Part shown: piece by piece, positions 25,421-35,766 of the stretch | Layout: every line of letters starts with the position of its first letter | Position numbering within the stretch: the first letter of the stretch is position 1 | IMG/VR virus record: IMGVR_UViG_3300022213_000006 | Location: 1 to 54,245 of that record | Strand: one strand, 5' to 3' | Length of the DNA stretch: 54,245 nucleotides | DNA from: a virus | Lineage: Duplodnaviria > Caudoviricetes | Notes under the pieces: model-generated | Seen by the model: the letters and a program-made list of their open reading frames with translations, nothing else | Databases searched by the model: none | What the model was told of the DNA's origin: nothing | Made by a program: the position numbers and the translations under genes

Positions 25421-27114
25421 TCGTAGATCCCCGGTGTGATCTCGTGGCAATCCAACGTGGTGAGTGCCGAGGCATCATTGTCTGGGGTGTACGAGTGCGT
25501 GACTCGAGTAATCAGGAAGCGACGACCATCCGGCATTTCGAATGTGTCGTCGGGCTCAAGCGCTAGATCCTGAACCATCTCGATCGTGCGCGGATGCGCG
25601 CGAGCTTGCTCCAAGAAGAGCAACTCTCGAGCCACAGTTTCTGCAATAGCCTGCGTGTTGATGAGATGGTTCTCAACCGTTTGCTGAGACTCGTCGAACT
25701 GCCCGACCCCAGAAATTCCAGCTGTGGCGCGGATCTCCTTGAACACGTACTCGATGGGATCGCCGAAGTACTCGTAGTGGCCGCGACCGATGCGAGACAT
25801 AAGCCACAGCGCTGAGATCAGCGACGTGGCCTCGATGATGCGGCCGACCGGGATCGTGCTGCCACCCAGGGGCGGTACAAGATCGGGGTACGCAGCGAAG
25901 GTGATGTACACGATGAGCAGAAACGTGATCAGCCACGGGGCGAAGCCCGTATCAATTCGAACCCGGACTCCGATTGTTCCCCCGCCAGGCCCCGGAGTCG
26001 CGATGAGGGTGAATGACTCGCCGCCGCCAAGAATGGTCAACCCGCCGTTGACCGACTTGTGGACGAGCACCGACGCATTGTCGAGTACGAGCGTCTTATC
26101 CTCGGCCCAGAAGACGTTGAAGTCTTCCTTGTCCGTGAAAAATCCTGTGGTGAGCTGGGTTTCCGCAATCGACTGATTGGGTTGCGTGACCTTGGACATC
26201 AGAGCTTCGAGGCCAATCACGATGACCATGTTGGCGGGGGTGACGTTGCTCCACGGATGGTCAATGGAACGAATGAGCTGGTAGTCCGCATAGAAACGCG
26301 TAGGCGGAACCGAAGTCGTGGACTGCTGTTGCGTCAGAACTCCGCGACCGTCGAACCTAGGCTTGAATAAGCTCGGGAGCATGAGTTTCGCCAACATCGT
26401 GATCGGAGTCTCTTCCACGAGCTGGACCGAGTCGTGCCCGAAAAGCGTAGAGCCCCAACTCGAAAAGCTGTACTCGTCGGTCGACAGCCCCATGTTCTGC
26501 TGCGCGATTTGCTCGGCTGCGAAGACGTGCGTATCGATGCGCGTGAACACGTCACTCGTCTGGTTGAAGCGCATGAAGTGCGCCTCTCGAGAGACGGCAC
26601 GCACCTGCGCAAAGCTCTCAGCCTTCACGCGGGAGCGGGTGTAGCCCGTCTGACCCACGATCTCGCCGGTGAAGACGAGAGGCCACAAGGTGTCGCTCAC
26701 TCTTCGATCGCCCCAGGTCACGGTGATCACGTTGCCAGCGCGCAGGTATCGAGCGAGGTACGAACTCCAATTCGGTGAGCTGGGCGTCAGGTTGCTCAGA
26801 ATGCTCGGGTCGAACAGCCCGACCTCGTCCACAATCGACACCGTCAACGAGGAAGCCGCGATCCCGGAGTTGAGGTAGTCGCCGGCTTCCTCCGTGAGTT
26901 GGACGTTCGTCACGTACTCCGTGATGTCGAGCGGGCCGGTGATAGGAATCAGCGGCGCCGACCCATACCGGTTGAACAGCACCACGTCTCGCATCGTGTT
27001 GACGCCGTTACTCGATCGGATGTCGTACACAAGAACGCGAACGCTGGGCTGCCGCTCCGTGGACTGGGGCTCCGTGTAGATCCAATGGAGGTCAGCGGGA
27101 AGCGGCCGAGGCAT
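25417..27114 (-). CDS. Tail tip / baseplate hub-like protein
   Basis: 565 aa; VFTGEI and LEPDD...ITRVTH patterns; position. Confidence 0.7.
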   Translation of the reverse strand: MPRPLPADLHWIYTEPQSTERQPSVRVLVYDIRSSNGVNTMRDVVLFNRYGSAPLIPITGPLDITEYVTNVQLTEEAGDYLNSGIAASSLTVSIVDEVGLFDPSILSNLTPSSPNWSSYLARYLRAGNVITVTWGDRRVSDTLWPLVFTGEIVGQTGYTRSRVKAESFAQVRAVSREAHFMRFNQTSDVFTRIDTHVFAAEQIAQQNMGLSTDEYSFSSWGSTLFGHDSVQLVEETPITMLAKLMLPSLFKPRFDGRGVLTQQQSTTSVPPTRFYADYQLIRSIDHPWSNVTPANMVIVIGLEALMSKVTQPNQSIAETQLTTGFFTDKEDFNVFWAEDKTLVLDNASVLVHKSVNGGLTILGGGESFTLIATPGPGGGTIGVRVRIDTGFAPWLITFLLIVYITFAAYPDLVPPLGGSTIPVGRIIEATSLISALWLMSRIGRGHYEYFGDPIEYVFKEIRATAGISGVGQFDESQQTVENHLINTQAIAETVARELLFLEQARAHPRTIEMVQDLALEPDDTFEMPDGRRFLITRVTHSYTPDNDASALTTLDCHEITPGIYE

Positions 27115-27716
27115 TAGACAATGCTCACGACGCGGAAGGTCAGCGTCACAGGGCGATCGAGGAACGTCGTCGGGGATACATCGAGTCCGTAGCCCGGGTG
27201 CTCAATCACGGATCCGCCTTGACCCGAGTATTTGCGGACGTCGAATTTCGACGGAGCCCCAGAGCCGAGCTGAAGGTCGAGGATCTCGATGTTGTACACG
27301 TCCGTTGACTCGTCTCGAGGCTCCCACTGGATGTAGACGGGGTTCACCACGGAAAAGGCCGGCGGGTTGATGAAGTAGTTGTAGAGCAACCGAAAGAAGA
27401 AGGTGGGCATGCTCAGCTCACCTTCCCACGTCTCGGTCACGATCACGTCCTGCTGATTCTCTTCGAATCGCACAAGCTTGGAGTCATCGATCGTTCGCAC
27501 GAGCGTCGCGAGCGGGGAACGCAGCACCTGCGCATCGAAGTTTCCACGACGATCGGGATTCCGGAAGTAAACAAGCGGCGGCATGAGAGCGCTGTTGGGG
27601 TGTACGAGGCGTCGCAGCGCCCCCGGCGTACCAGTCACACCAGCCGGCAAGAGCTGCACCGTCGTCGACGCGGTGGTCACGGTCCCCTGAAGAATCGGGT
27701 AGGTTCGAAAGCTCAC
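27114..27716 (-). CDS. Distal tail-like protein
   Basis: Position and size. Confidence 0.6.
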   Translation of the reverse strand: MSFRTYPILQGTVTTASTTVQLLPAGVTGTPGALRRLVHPNSALMPPLVYFRNPDRRGNFDAQVLRSPLATLVRTIDDSKLVRFEENQQDVIVTETWEGELSMPTFFFRLLYNYFINPPAFSVVNPVYIQWEPRDESTDVYNIEILDLQLGSGAPSKFDVRKYSGQGGSVIEHPGYGLDVSPTTFLDRPVTLTFRVVSIV

Positions 27717-29629
27717 TAGGGTTCTCCTGCGATGCGGGCCTGAATCGTAACATTTGCCCCCGCATCAGCTTCGTCAGTCGAAGCGGTGTACGTCCCGTAG
27801 ATCTGTCCCGACGCATCTGCGACGAAGTTGTTATTGGCAGGCTGCGTGATCGAGCCCGGACTCGGAGCAACGAGCACGAAGGGCAGAAAACTGGCCCCCT
27901 GCGCGGGGAGGCCAGATACCGCGTCGGTAACGAGCCCAGTGATATTCGCTCCCCCGTTGATTCTGGGCACCCGGTCGAGTGAGACCGTGAGGTTCGGTGT
28001 GAAACCCAGCGGCTTACTGACGACCACAAACGAGGAGCGGTGCGGACCCGGTGTGATGCTCCCATTGGCTGCTTCGAGCGTGAACAACCAGGCTTCCGCG
28101 CGCATGGGCTGCGTGGCGGGCAGCGTGGTGCGCCGGAGCCAAATCGGCCGGTAGCCCGTGGGATTACTGGTCACCGTACCCACATCGAAAGACAACTCAG
28201 CGGTGGCGTAATCGGCGGGGCGAACCCACATCGCAGGCTGCGTGCTGAACGAATTCCCGGTGAAAGTCGTGAGGTCCGGAAGATCCGTGTCGACAGAGAT
28301 CGCGGTGACGAAGCTGGCGCCCGAGATCAAGTTCCTGTGTGAAGGGGCGTACTCCAGAATCGAAGATCCATTCAACGGAGTCAGAATGTATCGGACGTTC
28401 AGCAGGGATTCGCCTGTTGATTGTGTGAAGAAAATCATCCGGTGGTCGACCTGTCCGTTGATGCTGTCCGTGGTGCTCGGACCATCATCCCACAAGCTCG
28501 TCCAGGAGCAGAAACGGTAGTAATCACCTGACGACCCGAGATTCGAAAATTCGTGCGTGAAGACCAACTTCCCGTTCACTTTGTCGTGGCTGATGATTTC
28601 TCGAGCCTCGTTGGCGTTCGCGCCCGTAACGAAGACAACCCACTTCCCCACGTGGGAGTGATTATCGGCGTTGTCCCCGTCTCCCAGACCGGCGATGGCA
28701 GCACAGTTCGCGTCGTTCAACGCGGCGTCCCAGATTGCAAGGGAGTGAATCTGTCCTGTCCAACGATCGGCGGGGGTAGCCAGGGTGTATCCGGCTCCGC
28801 CGATACAAGCTCCGCGAGACACATTCGTCTGCGTAACGGAGTCATTCTCCGGGGTTGAGCTCGGGGTCTGTAGAATCCCGTTCTTGAAGACGCTGAGAGT
28901 GGTACCGTCCCAGCGAACAGCTACGTGGTACCACGTGTTGGTCGAAAAGAAGGAGTTGAACAGCAACTCCTTCTGGTCAGCAGTCGTCGTTGCATCCGAG
29001 ATTCTGACGAACAAGTTGGACGACTCGCGACGCACCAAAATCATGTTCGTGCTGTCGTTGTTGAACCCGTTCGTGTTCAGCTCGAAGATGACTCCGTTGC
29101 CGGCCGCAACAGTCGTCGTACGAGCCCAGACTCCGATCGTCCAAGCATTCACAATGCCGAATGCAGCGATGGTATTGCGGACAACGGCGTCGTTGGTTCC
29201 GTCAAAACTCAGAGACTTCCGTTGCCGGTTGAAGATCCCCGGCTGTTCCTTGCTTCGATCAAGCCCGGTCAACCCACCGCGAAGCGTTGGGAAATCCAGA
29301 GGATTGGCGAAGATCCAATCGCTTCCCGGAGAGTCAACGACATGCGCGAGCCTGTACCAATGAATCAGATTTGCAGCCGCGGTGTACGCCCCCGAATTTA
29401 CCAACGGGGTTGAGGATGCAGGACTCGGGACCGAATCTTCCTCGTACAGGGGGAGGGAAACGATTGCATTCTTGTCCGTCATTCCCCCAGAGAGCTGATA
29501 CTCGGCGTAGGGATTCCGACTGCACGCGTACCCGCCGAGAGATTGCGCAGGCTCAACGCCGTAACGCTGGTACGAATCCGCGTCGTTCGAAGACAGGAAG
29601 AACTTGATGTCTTTGGGGTTAACAGCCAT
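27716..29629 (-). CDS. Tail protein with LamG/concanavalin-like domain
   Basis: SLSFDGTND, WTIGVW, NTWYHVAVRWDG, WTGQIHSLAIWDAAL; Ig-like C terminus. Confidence 0.85.
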   Translation of the reverse strand: MAVNPKDIKFFLSSNDADSYQRYGVEPAQSLGGYACSRNPYAEYQLSGGMTDKNAIVSLPLYEEDSVPSPASSTPLVNSGAYTAAANLIHWYRLAHVVDSPGSDWIFANPLDFPTLRGGLTGLDRSKEQPGIFNRQRKSLSFDGTNDAVVRNTIAAFGIVNAWTIGVWARTTTVAAGNGVIFELNTNGFNNDSTNMILVRRESSNLFVRISDATTTADQKELLFNSFFSTNTWYHVAVRWDGTTLSVFKNGILQTPSSTPENDSVTQTNVSRGACIGGAGYTLATPADRWTGQIHSLAIWDAALNDANCAAIAGLGDGDNADNHSHVGKWVVFVTGANANEAREIISHDKVNGKLVFTHEFSNLGSSGDYYRFCSWTSLWDDGPSTTDSINGQVDHRMIFFTQSTGESLLNVRYILTPLNGSSILEYAPSHRNLISGASFVTAISVDTDLPDLTTFTGNSFSTQPAMWVRPADYATAELSFDVGTVTSNPTGYRPIWLRRTTLPATQPMRAEAWLFTLEAANGSITPGPHRSSFVVVSKPLGFTPNLTVSLDRVPRINGGANITGLVTDAVSGLPAQGASFLPFVLVAPSPGSITQPANNNFVADASGQIYGTYTASTDEADAGANVTIQARIAGEP

Positions 29630-29632
29630 GGC

Positions 29633-31228
29633 CTAGAGACTCGCGTCCAGGCGATCCCACTTATCCTTGACTGCGACCTCCTCGGCGTACCGAACGGATG
29701 TCGTAGCTCGCCCGTTGTCGTCGGACAACGAAGCGGTCACCAGCAGCTGCCCGTGCGGCGGAGTCTGCGGGTCCGACAGATGGCGATAGTCCGCGGTATA
29801 GACCGCTCCACCACCCAGCGGTTTGGGCGCCACAAAGGTGATTTGGCTGCTGCCTCGATTGAGCGTGTAATGCGTCGTCTCTGTGAGGGCAACTCCATCC
29901 TCGTACACCGTAATCGGGCTCGCTGCAGCAGCGGTAGGATCCACGGTGTTTTGCAGCGTGACCGTTTCCCCGGCCACCGGCGTCGTAGCGAGAATTTCTC
30001 CGATAGAAGATGCTCGACGGAGCTGCCAATCCACGCTCTCTCCCGAAATCAGTTCTCCGAATGACCCGGAGACATCCACGCCGAAGCTGACGGTCTTTCC
30101 CGTCGCGATCGTGGAAAACGGATACACCGTGCTCAGCGTGGTAGCGACGGGGGACCGAGACAAGTACAGATACTTGATGTCCCCGGGAGCAAGCGCGCCG
30201 ATGGCGGCTGTCCAATCGGTGGAGTAGTACGTTATCTCTCGCGTGATCGGGTTGTAGAACGGAGTAGTGTCGTGGTCAAAGTTGTTGTGGACACCACCAA
30301 CCGTTCCCGGGCTATTCTCCGTGAAGTCATAGCCAGAGAGAAGGCGTTCGCGGAGATGCTGACGCACCGGAGTCCCGGTTTGGTTCAGCGGATTCCAATC
30401 AACGGCTTTGACCCAGCGCCGGCTGATCGAACCGCTCGCGCCGTTCACAGCCTGAGCGAACAGATACATCAGGCCCTTCGGAAAATTGGGCGTGCTGTCG
30501 TCGTCAGGCACGAACTGCGGAAGTTTGAAATCGACAATCTCACCAAACAGAGTCGGCCCGTTGAATTTGTGCGCGCCAGTGGTCGTATACTCCGTAATCA
30601 GACCCTGAATGATGGTCGCCGCACCAGTCGTCATGTCGATCATCGCAGGCACGCCTGTGTACGTGACGTTGTCGGTGTGTCGCACAGCGCACCACGGCAT
30701 GAAGATCTGGTTGAGAGACTCGAAGAAAATCGGCCGCGATCGATTGTCCGTGTAGTACCCGACCGTCGTCGCAGTCAAACTTCCATTGCGTGTTTGGAAC
30801 GTACCGACATTCGGAAGAGGGTCGCTCGAGCCCACTGTGACTTGCAAATCAAGCGGGTTCACTTTGCGGAATGATCGACCCGCAATCTGCTGGTTGTTGT
30901 ACATCCAAAAATTCTGAACGCTGTTGATTCGATCCCACTCTCCCACCGCCATCGCATTCGTCGCGTGACCTTCCGCGGTCACAGGCGGGGTATCAACCAC
31001 GTTGTAGTACGACGTGGTGTTGTCGATGAAGAGTGGATCGAAACGCATGAACTTGATGAAGATGCCCTGCTGGGCATACCCGATGATCATCGACAAACGA
31101 TCGTAGAAAACGTTGTTTCCGCCGAAGTCTCCGGAGTCAGTGCCAAGCAGAAACGCCCCGTTGACTCCGTAGTTTCCACCGGAGAAATACGTGTACGGGT
31201 CGATTTCTCGAATCAATCGAAGAGCCAT
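29633..31228 (-). CDS. Tail protein with C-terminal Ig-like region
   Basis: Beta-rich; SDDNGRATTSVRY; downstream of tape measure. Confidence 0.7.
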   Translation of the reverse strand: MALRLIREIDPYTYFSGGNYGVNGAFLLGTDSGDFGGNNVFYDRLSMIIGYAQQGIFIKFMRFDPLFIDNTTSYYNVVDTPPVTAEGHATNAMAVGEWDRINSVQNFWMYNNQQIAGRSFRKVNPLDLQVTVGSSDPLPNVGTFQTRNGSLTATTVGYYTDNRSRPIFFESLNQIFMPWCAVRHTDNVTYTGVPAMIDMTTGAATIIQGLITEYTTTGAHKFNGPTLFGEIVDFKLPQFVPDDDSTPNFPKGLMYLFAQAVNGASGSISRRWVKAVDWNPLNQTGTPVRQHLRERLLSGYDFTENSPGTVGGVHNNFDHDTTPFYNPITREITYYSTDWTAAIGALAPGDIKYLYLSRSPVATTLSTVYPFSTIATGKTVSFGVDVSGSFGELISGESVDWQLRRASSIGEILATTPVAGETVTLQNTVDPTAAAASPITVYEDGVALTETTHYTLNRGSSQITFVAPKPLGGGAVYTADYRHLSDPQTPPHGQLLVTASLSDDNGRATTSVRYAEEVAVKDKWDRLDASL

Positions 31229-31230
31229 GG

Positions 31231-31551
31231 CTACCTCACAGTCGGAATCGTTCCGCCCCAGGTCTTCATCGCCTCTTGCGCCGCACGCATCGCAGCTCGA
31301 ATAGTCTCTTCGGAGACGGCAGACGCAGCGGCTCGAGCGCTCTCGGGAGAAGAGGCATGGGCCAACGCGGCAAGCATCCTCTCAATGAGACTGGCCAAGT
31401 TGCTGAGCATGTTGATCTGAACCCACGCCAGCGCTTTGCTGTCGTCGGCTAGAAAGGTGTCATCGATTTTGATCTGGTAGGCCTCGTTCGGGCTAGTGCT
31501 GATCAGAATCTCAGAAGCGTTGATGGCGATCACGTTCTTCATGTCACTCAT
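31231..31551 (-). CDS. Hypothetical protein
   Basis: GAGGAG RBS before ATG 31551. Confidence 0.65.
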   Translation of the reverse strand: MSDMKNVIAINASEILISTSPNEAYQIKIDDTFLADDSKALAWVQINMLSNLASLIERMLAALAHASSPESARAAASAVSEETIRAAMRAAQEAMKTWGGTIPTVR

Positions 31552-31562
31552 GCGGTTTCTCC

Positions 31563-34136
31563 TCAAGCAAGGCTTTCAGTTGTGTTTCCCAGCAGATTAT
31601 CGAGGTAGTTGTTGGACGAGGGGGCGACGGGGTTTCCTCGACGGACGGCCAGCAGGATATCTCGAAGGATGGAATTGGTGTCTTCGAGTGCATCTTCCAA
31701 GCTGGCCCCAACCTGAAAGATCGAGATTTCCGTGGGGCCGGCAACCACTCCCCTTGTCGCCTGAGTACTCTCGACGGCCGAACTCACCACGCGACGCGTG
31801 GTGTTGGTCTTCGTCTTCGCCAGCGCGCCCTCAAGGAAGAGCGATGCCACACCAATCGCAGCACCGAAGGCCTTCCCTAATCCGTTGGAAGACCCACCTA
31901 GAATCGTCCCGAGTTTGTCCCCCAGATCATCGATCAATTTACGGAAAGCCTCGAACGCGCGTTCCAACGAGCTGACCAACGCCTTCTCGAAGAGTCGCGC
32001 GCCCTGGTCGAAGACGATCTCCATGATGTCGAGGCCTTCCCCGCGCAGTGCGCGACGGATGGCCGACGTAAGCTGACTCCCGACTTCTTGGCCGAAATCT
32101 TTGGCAGCTTGGCCCAGTTCATCTTCCAAGTCTCGTCGAGTGTCCCCCGCCTGCCGGGCCACATCCCGCAATGCGCGAACGATATCTTCGAGCCCACCCG
32201 CAGTGAGAAGAGCGGCCTGGAGAGCCTTCTGCAGATCCGCGGCGAACTGTGGAGAGATCGCATTGATCGCCTGGATGTCTGCCAGGATCTGCCGCTGCAG
32301 TGCCGCTGCGCTTCGATTCAGATTCTCGATCTGCGAGTAGATCCGAATTCGGCTCTGGTAGATCAGGTTCAGAGCCTGCGCAGCTTTTCGCTCGTCGCCC
32401 GCCCGAATGGCGAGCTTCACCGCAAGTTCCTCTTGCTGACGAAGCTTCTCGAGCTTCGCGTCGAGCGGATCAATCTGTGCAGCCAAGGCTCGCCGGAGGG
32501 AGTTTTGCAGTGCGATTAGACGGTTGATCGCGGCCTGTTCGTCCGCGAGGCGCTTCTTGCGCGCAGCATCTGCCCCTGCTGCGACCTCTGGAATTTCCAC
32601 GCCTCCGAAACCCGTAAGAGCTGTCCGCGCTGCCGCAAGACGATTCTCTTCGGCCTTCTGCCGAGCCAGGAGATCCAAAGTCTTCTGAATTTCCTTGTTG
32701 TACTCTTCTTTCCACTGTTTGGTAATAGAGTCGATCCCATCGCCAATCGACTCAAAGAAATCACCAACAAGGTCGCTTTGAAATGCGTCCTTCACGTCGT
32801 TCTTGAGATCCGAGAGCGTCTTCTTACCCTGCGCAATCAAAGCAAGGTCGCCGATGGCGACGCCGAGCGCGAAGAAAGGTCTGAGGATGTTGTTGGTGAG
32901 AGTTTTCATGAGATCCCCAACAAACCCAAGAAGATCAACAAAGAAGTCTTTGAGGAGTCCGAAGATGTTTGGGAACTCAACCCCGAGAATTCGCCCAACG
33001 GTGTTTCCAAAATTTCGAATGGAAGTCGTGAAGCTCTCGACCAGATTCAGAGTTGCTCGGAAAGCGGCTCCCAGTTTGGCGAAGCCAGTCACCGACACCT
33101 TTCCAACTGGACCGACGAACACCTCCTCCACGGTCAGGCCAAATTGCAGCAACGCATCGATGACCAGGGTGAGAGCGACGAGGAGCGAGCCGACTACGGT
33201 GCTGACCAAGAGACTGCGGATAGCAGCGGTAAGAGCGATGGTATTCCCGGTCAAAAGAGTCGTGCCCACCTGCGCTGCTCGCAGGCCGACCGCGTAGGCT
33301 CCCCAAGCAACACCTGCACCTACGAGCAGCGTGGCAATTCTTGAGATGTTATCGGCGATGAAGCCAACGATTTTGCCAAACTCCAAACTGCCCTTCGTGG
33401 CGTTGTTGACGTCACCCAGGAACTTGATGAATGCGTTGGAAAGCTGAGTCCCCGCTTGCTCGATGGTGGGGGTCAGCTGCTGGAATTCAGTCGCGATGAG
33501 CTTCGTCTGTGTTTCGATCGCCTCGGCGACGATCTTGGGCGTGAGGGCGCCTTCGAATGCCAAACGACGAAGTTCGCCGATGCTCTTCCCCGTACCATCG
33601 GCGATAGCAATCAGCAGACGCGGAAGCTGCTCGGCCACGGCACGAAACTCTTCACCGCGAAGCTGACCCGAAGCGAAGCCCTGCGCGAGCTGGATGAGAC
33701 CATTCCGAGCTTCCTGGGCCGTAGCTCCAGAAACCGCCACAGCTTGGTTGATGGTCTTGATCAACGCGAAGATGCGGTCCTGTCCGAAGTCACCGAGATC
33801 GCGAGTGTTCAACGCGAGGCGGCGGTACAACTCGGCCGTCGCCTCCACGGGGGCACGGGTCTCAGTCGAGACCTGGAACACCTGCCTCATCGCACCCGCG
33901 TAATTCTCAGCCGTTCCAGCGCCGAGCCGAACCGCGTTCGAGAGGTTGATGAAGGCATCCGTAGAACGAACAATTTCGCGGAGCCCAAGACCAACTCCGA
34001 TCCCAGTAAGTGCGTTCCTCAGTGCGGTGACGTTTCGACTCGCGCCCGTAGCAGCGGTTCCCACCCCGCGAATGGCAGATGCGGTTGCAGCAGCACCCCG
34101 CTGCGTAACGACAATTGTTACTCGCTGAGTCGCCAT
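31563..34136 (-). CDS. Tape measure protein
   Basis: QLAQGFASGQLRGEEFRAVAEQ tape-measure domain; Ala/Gly-rich helical, 857 aa. Confidence 0.95.
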   Translation of the reverse strand: MATQRVTIVVTQRGAAATASAIRGVGTAATGASRNVTALRNALTGIGVGLGLREIVRSTDAFINLSNAVRLGAGTAENYAGAMRQVFQVSTETRAPVEATAELYRRLALNTRDLGDFGQDRIFALIKTINQAVAVSGATAQEARNGLIQLAQGFASGQLRGEEFRAVAEQLPRLLIAIADGTGKSIGELRRLAFEGALTPKIVAEAIETQTKLIATEFQQLTPTIEQAGTQLSNAFIKFLGDVNNATKGSLEFGKIVGFIADNISRIATLLVGAGVAWGAYAVGLRAAQVGTTLLTGNTIALTAAIRSLLVSTVVGSLLVALTLVIDALLQFGLTVEEVFVGPVGKVSVTGFAKLGAAFRATLNLVESFTTSIRNFGNTVGRILGVEFPNIFGLLKDFFVDLLGFVGDLMKTLTNNILRPFFALGVAIGDLALIAQGKKTLSDLKNDVKDAFQSDLVGDFFESIGDGIDSITKQWKEEYNKEIQKTLDLLARQKAEENRLAAARTALTGFGGVEIPEVAAGADAARKKRLADEQAAINRLIALQNSLRRALAAQIDPLDAKLEKLRQQEELAVKLAIRAGDERKAAQALNLIYQSRIRIYSQIENLNRSAAALQRQILADIQAINAISPQFAADLQKALQAALLTAGGLEDIVRALRDVARQAGDTRRDLEDELGQAAKDFGQEVGSQLTSAIRRALRGEGLDIMEIVFDQGARLFEKALVSSLERAFEAFRKLIDDLGDKLGTILGGSSNGLGKAFGAAIGVASLFLEGALAKTKTNTTRRVVSSAVESTQATRGVVAGPTEISIFQVGASLEDALEDTNSILRDILLAVRRGNPVAPSSNNYLDNLLGNTTESLA

Positions 34137-34139
34137 AGA

Positions 34140-34556
34140 TCAGAGCCCTCGCCCGACTTGAATGGCAAGCGCCCGAGAGATTGCGCGCTCGATATACCCT
34201 GCCGGCTGCTGCCTTGACTTCCCGCGGTTCAGATCCTCGATGTAATCGAGATTATTCTGCAGGTAGAAGGTGCCGCCGTTTCGGAAGCGACTGGTCACAA
34301 CGCGAGCTGCGGCGACCGCTTGAGAAACAGCGGACCCAGCACCGTAGGTGGGGATCGTGCGAGACGTGGGAGTGCCCAACGTGGCAATCCAGTTCGATCG
34401 AGCCTGGCCGGTGTCCACCGGAGTCGTCGAAATTACATCCTGAGAGATCTGCTCGCAGACGCGCTGCGTGAATCTCTCAATGCGTGCGTCGAGATCTCGC
34501 ACCGTACGGTTCAAATTCCGGGCAAATTGAGCGAAGCTACGACCCGTTACCGCCAT
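34140..34556 (-). CDS. HK97 gp10-like tail completion protein
   Basis: TPVDTGQARSNW...NNLDYIEDLN.G.S.QQPAG. Confidence 0.88.
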   Translation of the reverse strand: MAVTGRSFAQFARNLNRTVRDLDARIERFTQRVCEQISQDVISTTPVDTGQARSNWIATLGTPTSRTIPTYGAGSAVSQAVAAARVVTSRFRNGGTFYLQNNLDYIEDLNRGKSRQQPAGYIERAISRALAIQVGRGL

Positions 34557-34893
34557 GCGACATTTCCTCCCAGCGACTCGGCTGACCGGCGATCTCCACC
34601 AGCGTGTGAAAAATCTCCGGGTTTTGGAGAAGCCAATTCTCCCAATCAGTCTTCGAGTAGCCCTGGAAGCGAGCCGTGGGAGAGCCCGCGACGACACTTT
34701 CCGAGAAAGCTCTTGCCAGTATCGCAAGGGCTCGCTCTTCCGACATCCTTTCGGCTTCCAGCAGTAACCGGAAAGGTGCAAAGCTTCGTCGAAGAGCCTG
34801 CCCGAAGGCCTGATTCTCAGCGGTGGCCGGGTAGAGATCGAGGATGATCCCCTCGGGTTCGAACTGCACGCGTACGGTCTCCAGCTCAGCCAC
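34537..34893 (-). CDS. Tail assembly chaperone-like protein
   Basis: AAGGAG RBS before GTG; N.AF..AL.....P.R.......AFSESVVAG...PEIF pattern. Confidence 0.6.
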   Translation of the reverse strand: MAELETVRVQFEPEGIILDLYPATAENQAFGQALRRSFAPFRLLLEAERMSEERALAILARAFSESVVAGSPTARFQGYSKTDWENWLLQNPEIFHTLVEIAGQPSRWEEMSHGGNGS

Positions 34894-35350
34894 GTGGAGT
34901 CTCCTTCTCTCGAACAAAGCCTCCGGACATCAACTTCCCGAAACGGCGGCGAAGCTCTGCCGTGTTCTCTCGACCGACAGAGGTGTTCTTCGGCATCACC
35001 GCCCGCCCAAATTTCTTGAGCGCATCCTTCTGACCGAACGCCGTCGCGATCGCGGCCAGCACGCCGTAGGATTGCATGAGAATCTCGGCGCCGCGGGATT
35101 CCCCTTCCACTTTGAGGTAGAAGGTGAATTGCTGCTCCGTTAGCGTTTCACGGAGTACTTCCGGGTTCGTCCCCCAGCGCCGAGAAAGGAAAGCTAGCCC
35201 TCTAGCGATTTCCTCTTCGTGCTCGATCAGCTCACGGGTGTCTTCTCGGGATCCGCGGCCAGCGCCCGCGCCTCTTCGAGGCGAGCCTTTAGCTCCGGGG
35301 CGATTGACGACTCCTGGCCCAGTAGATTCGTCGCGCCCACCACTTTTCCC
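34886..35350 (-). CDS. Frameshift (-1) extension of tail assembly chaperone (gpGT-like)
   Basis: -1 frame is open from slippery G GGA AAA (35350-35344) to 34886; no good independent start. Confidence 0.6.
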   Translation of the reverse strand, partial: GKSGGRDESTGPGVVNRPGAKGSPRRGAGAGRGSREDTRELIEHEEEIARGLAFLSRRWGTNPEVLRETLTEQQFTFYLKVEGESRGAEILMQSYGVLAAIATAFGQKDALKKFGRAVMPKNTSVGRENTAELRRRFGKLMSGGFVREKETPRG

Positions 35351-35688
35351 AAAACGCCCCCGCCACCTTCGCGGAGCAGGCACGTGTCGATCACGCCCTG
35401 CGCAAGCGTGAACAGATCCTCATAGTGGATCTTGTCTTCCAGCTCTTCCACCGTCCAACCGATTGTGTCTGCGACAACCGCTGTGATTTCGGCTTCACAG
35501 AGTTCGAAAGCGCTGGCGATCGAGAAGTCTTTCCCACCCTTCCGAAGCTCATCCAGCACCTTCGTGATCCGACGCCGTTGAATCCTCCCGTTCTTGAGTG
35601 TCCAGGGCTTGATCATGACTCGAGTGTTATCGAGCAGAATGACTTCACGCTCGGGGAACACGACCCCTTCAGTCTCAGATTTGTCCAC
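35227..35688 (-). CDS. Tail assembly chaperone (gpG-like)
   Basis: GAGGAG RBS before GTG 35688; follows major tail gene. Confidence 0.75.
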   Translation of the reverse strand: MDKSETEGVVFPEREVILLDNTRVMIKPWTLKNGRIQRRRITKVLDELRKGGKDFSIASAFELCEAEITAVVADTIGWTVEELEDKIHYEDLFTLAQGVIDTCLLREGGGGVLGKVVGATNLLGQESSIAPELKARLEEARALAADPEKTPVS

Positions 35689-35701
35689 GTACGTACTCCT
35701 C

Positions 35702-35749
35702 AAAAAGTAGAAACCCGGCTGGGACACTAGCGGCCCCCAGCCGGGTTTC
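35702..35749 (-). terminator. Intrinsic terminator after major tail gene
   Basis: GAAACCCGGCTGGG/CCCAGCCGGGTTTC 14-bp stem followed by TACTTTTT on - strand. Confidence 0.8.
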
Positions 35750-35766
35750 ACGAACCGAAGGCAGGA

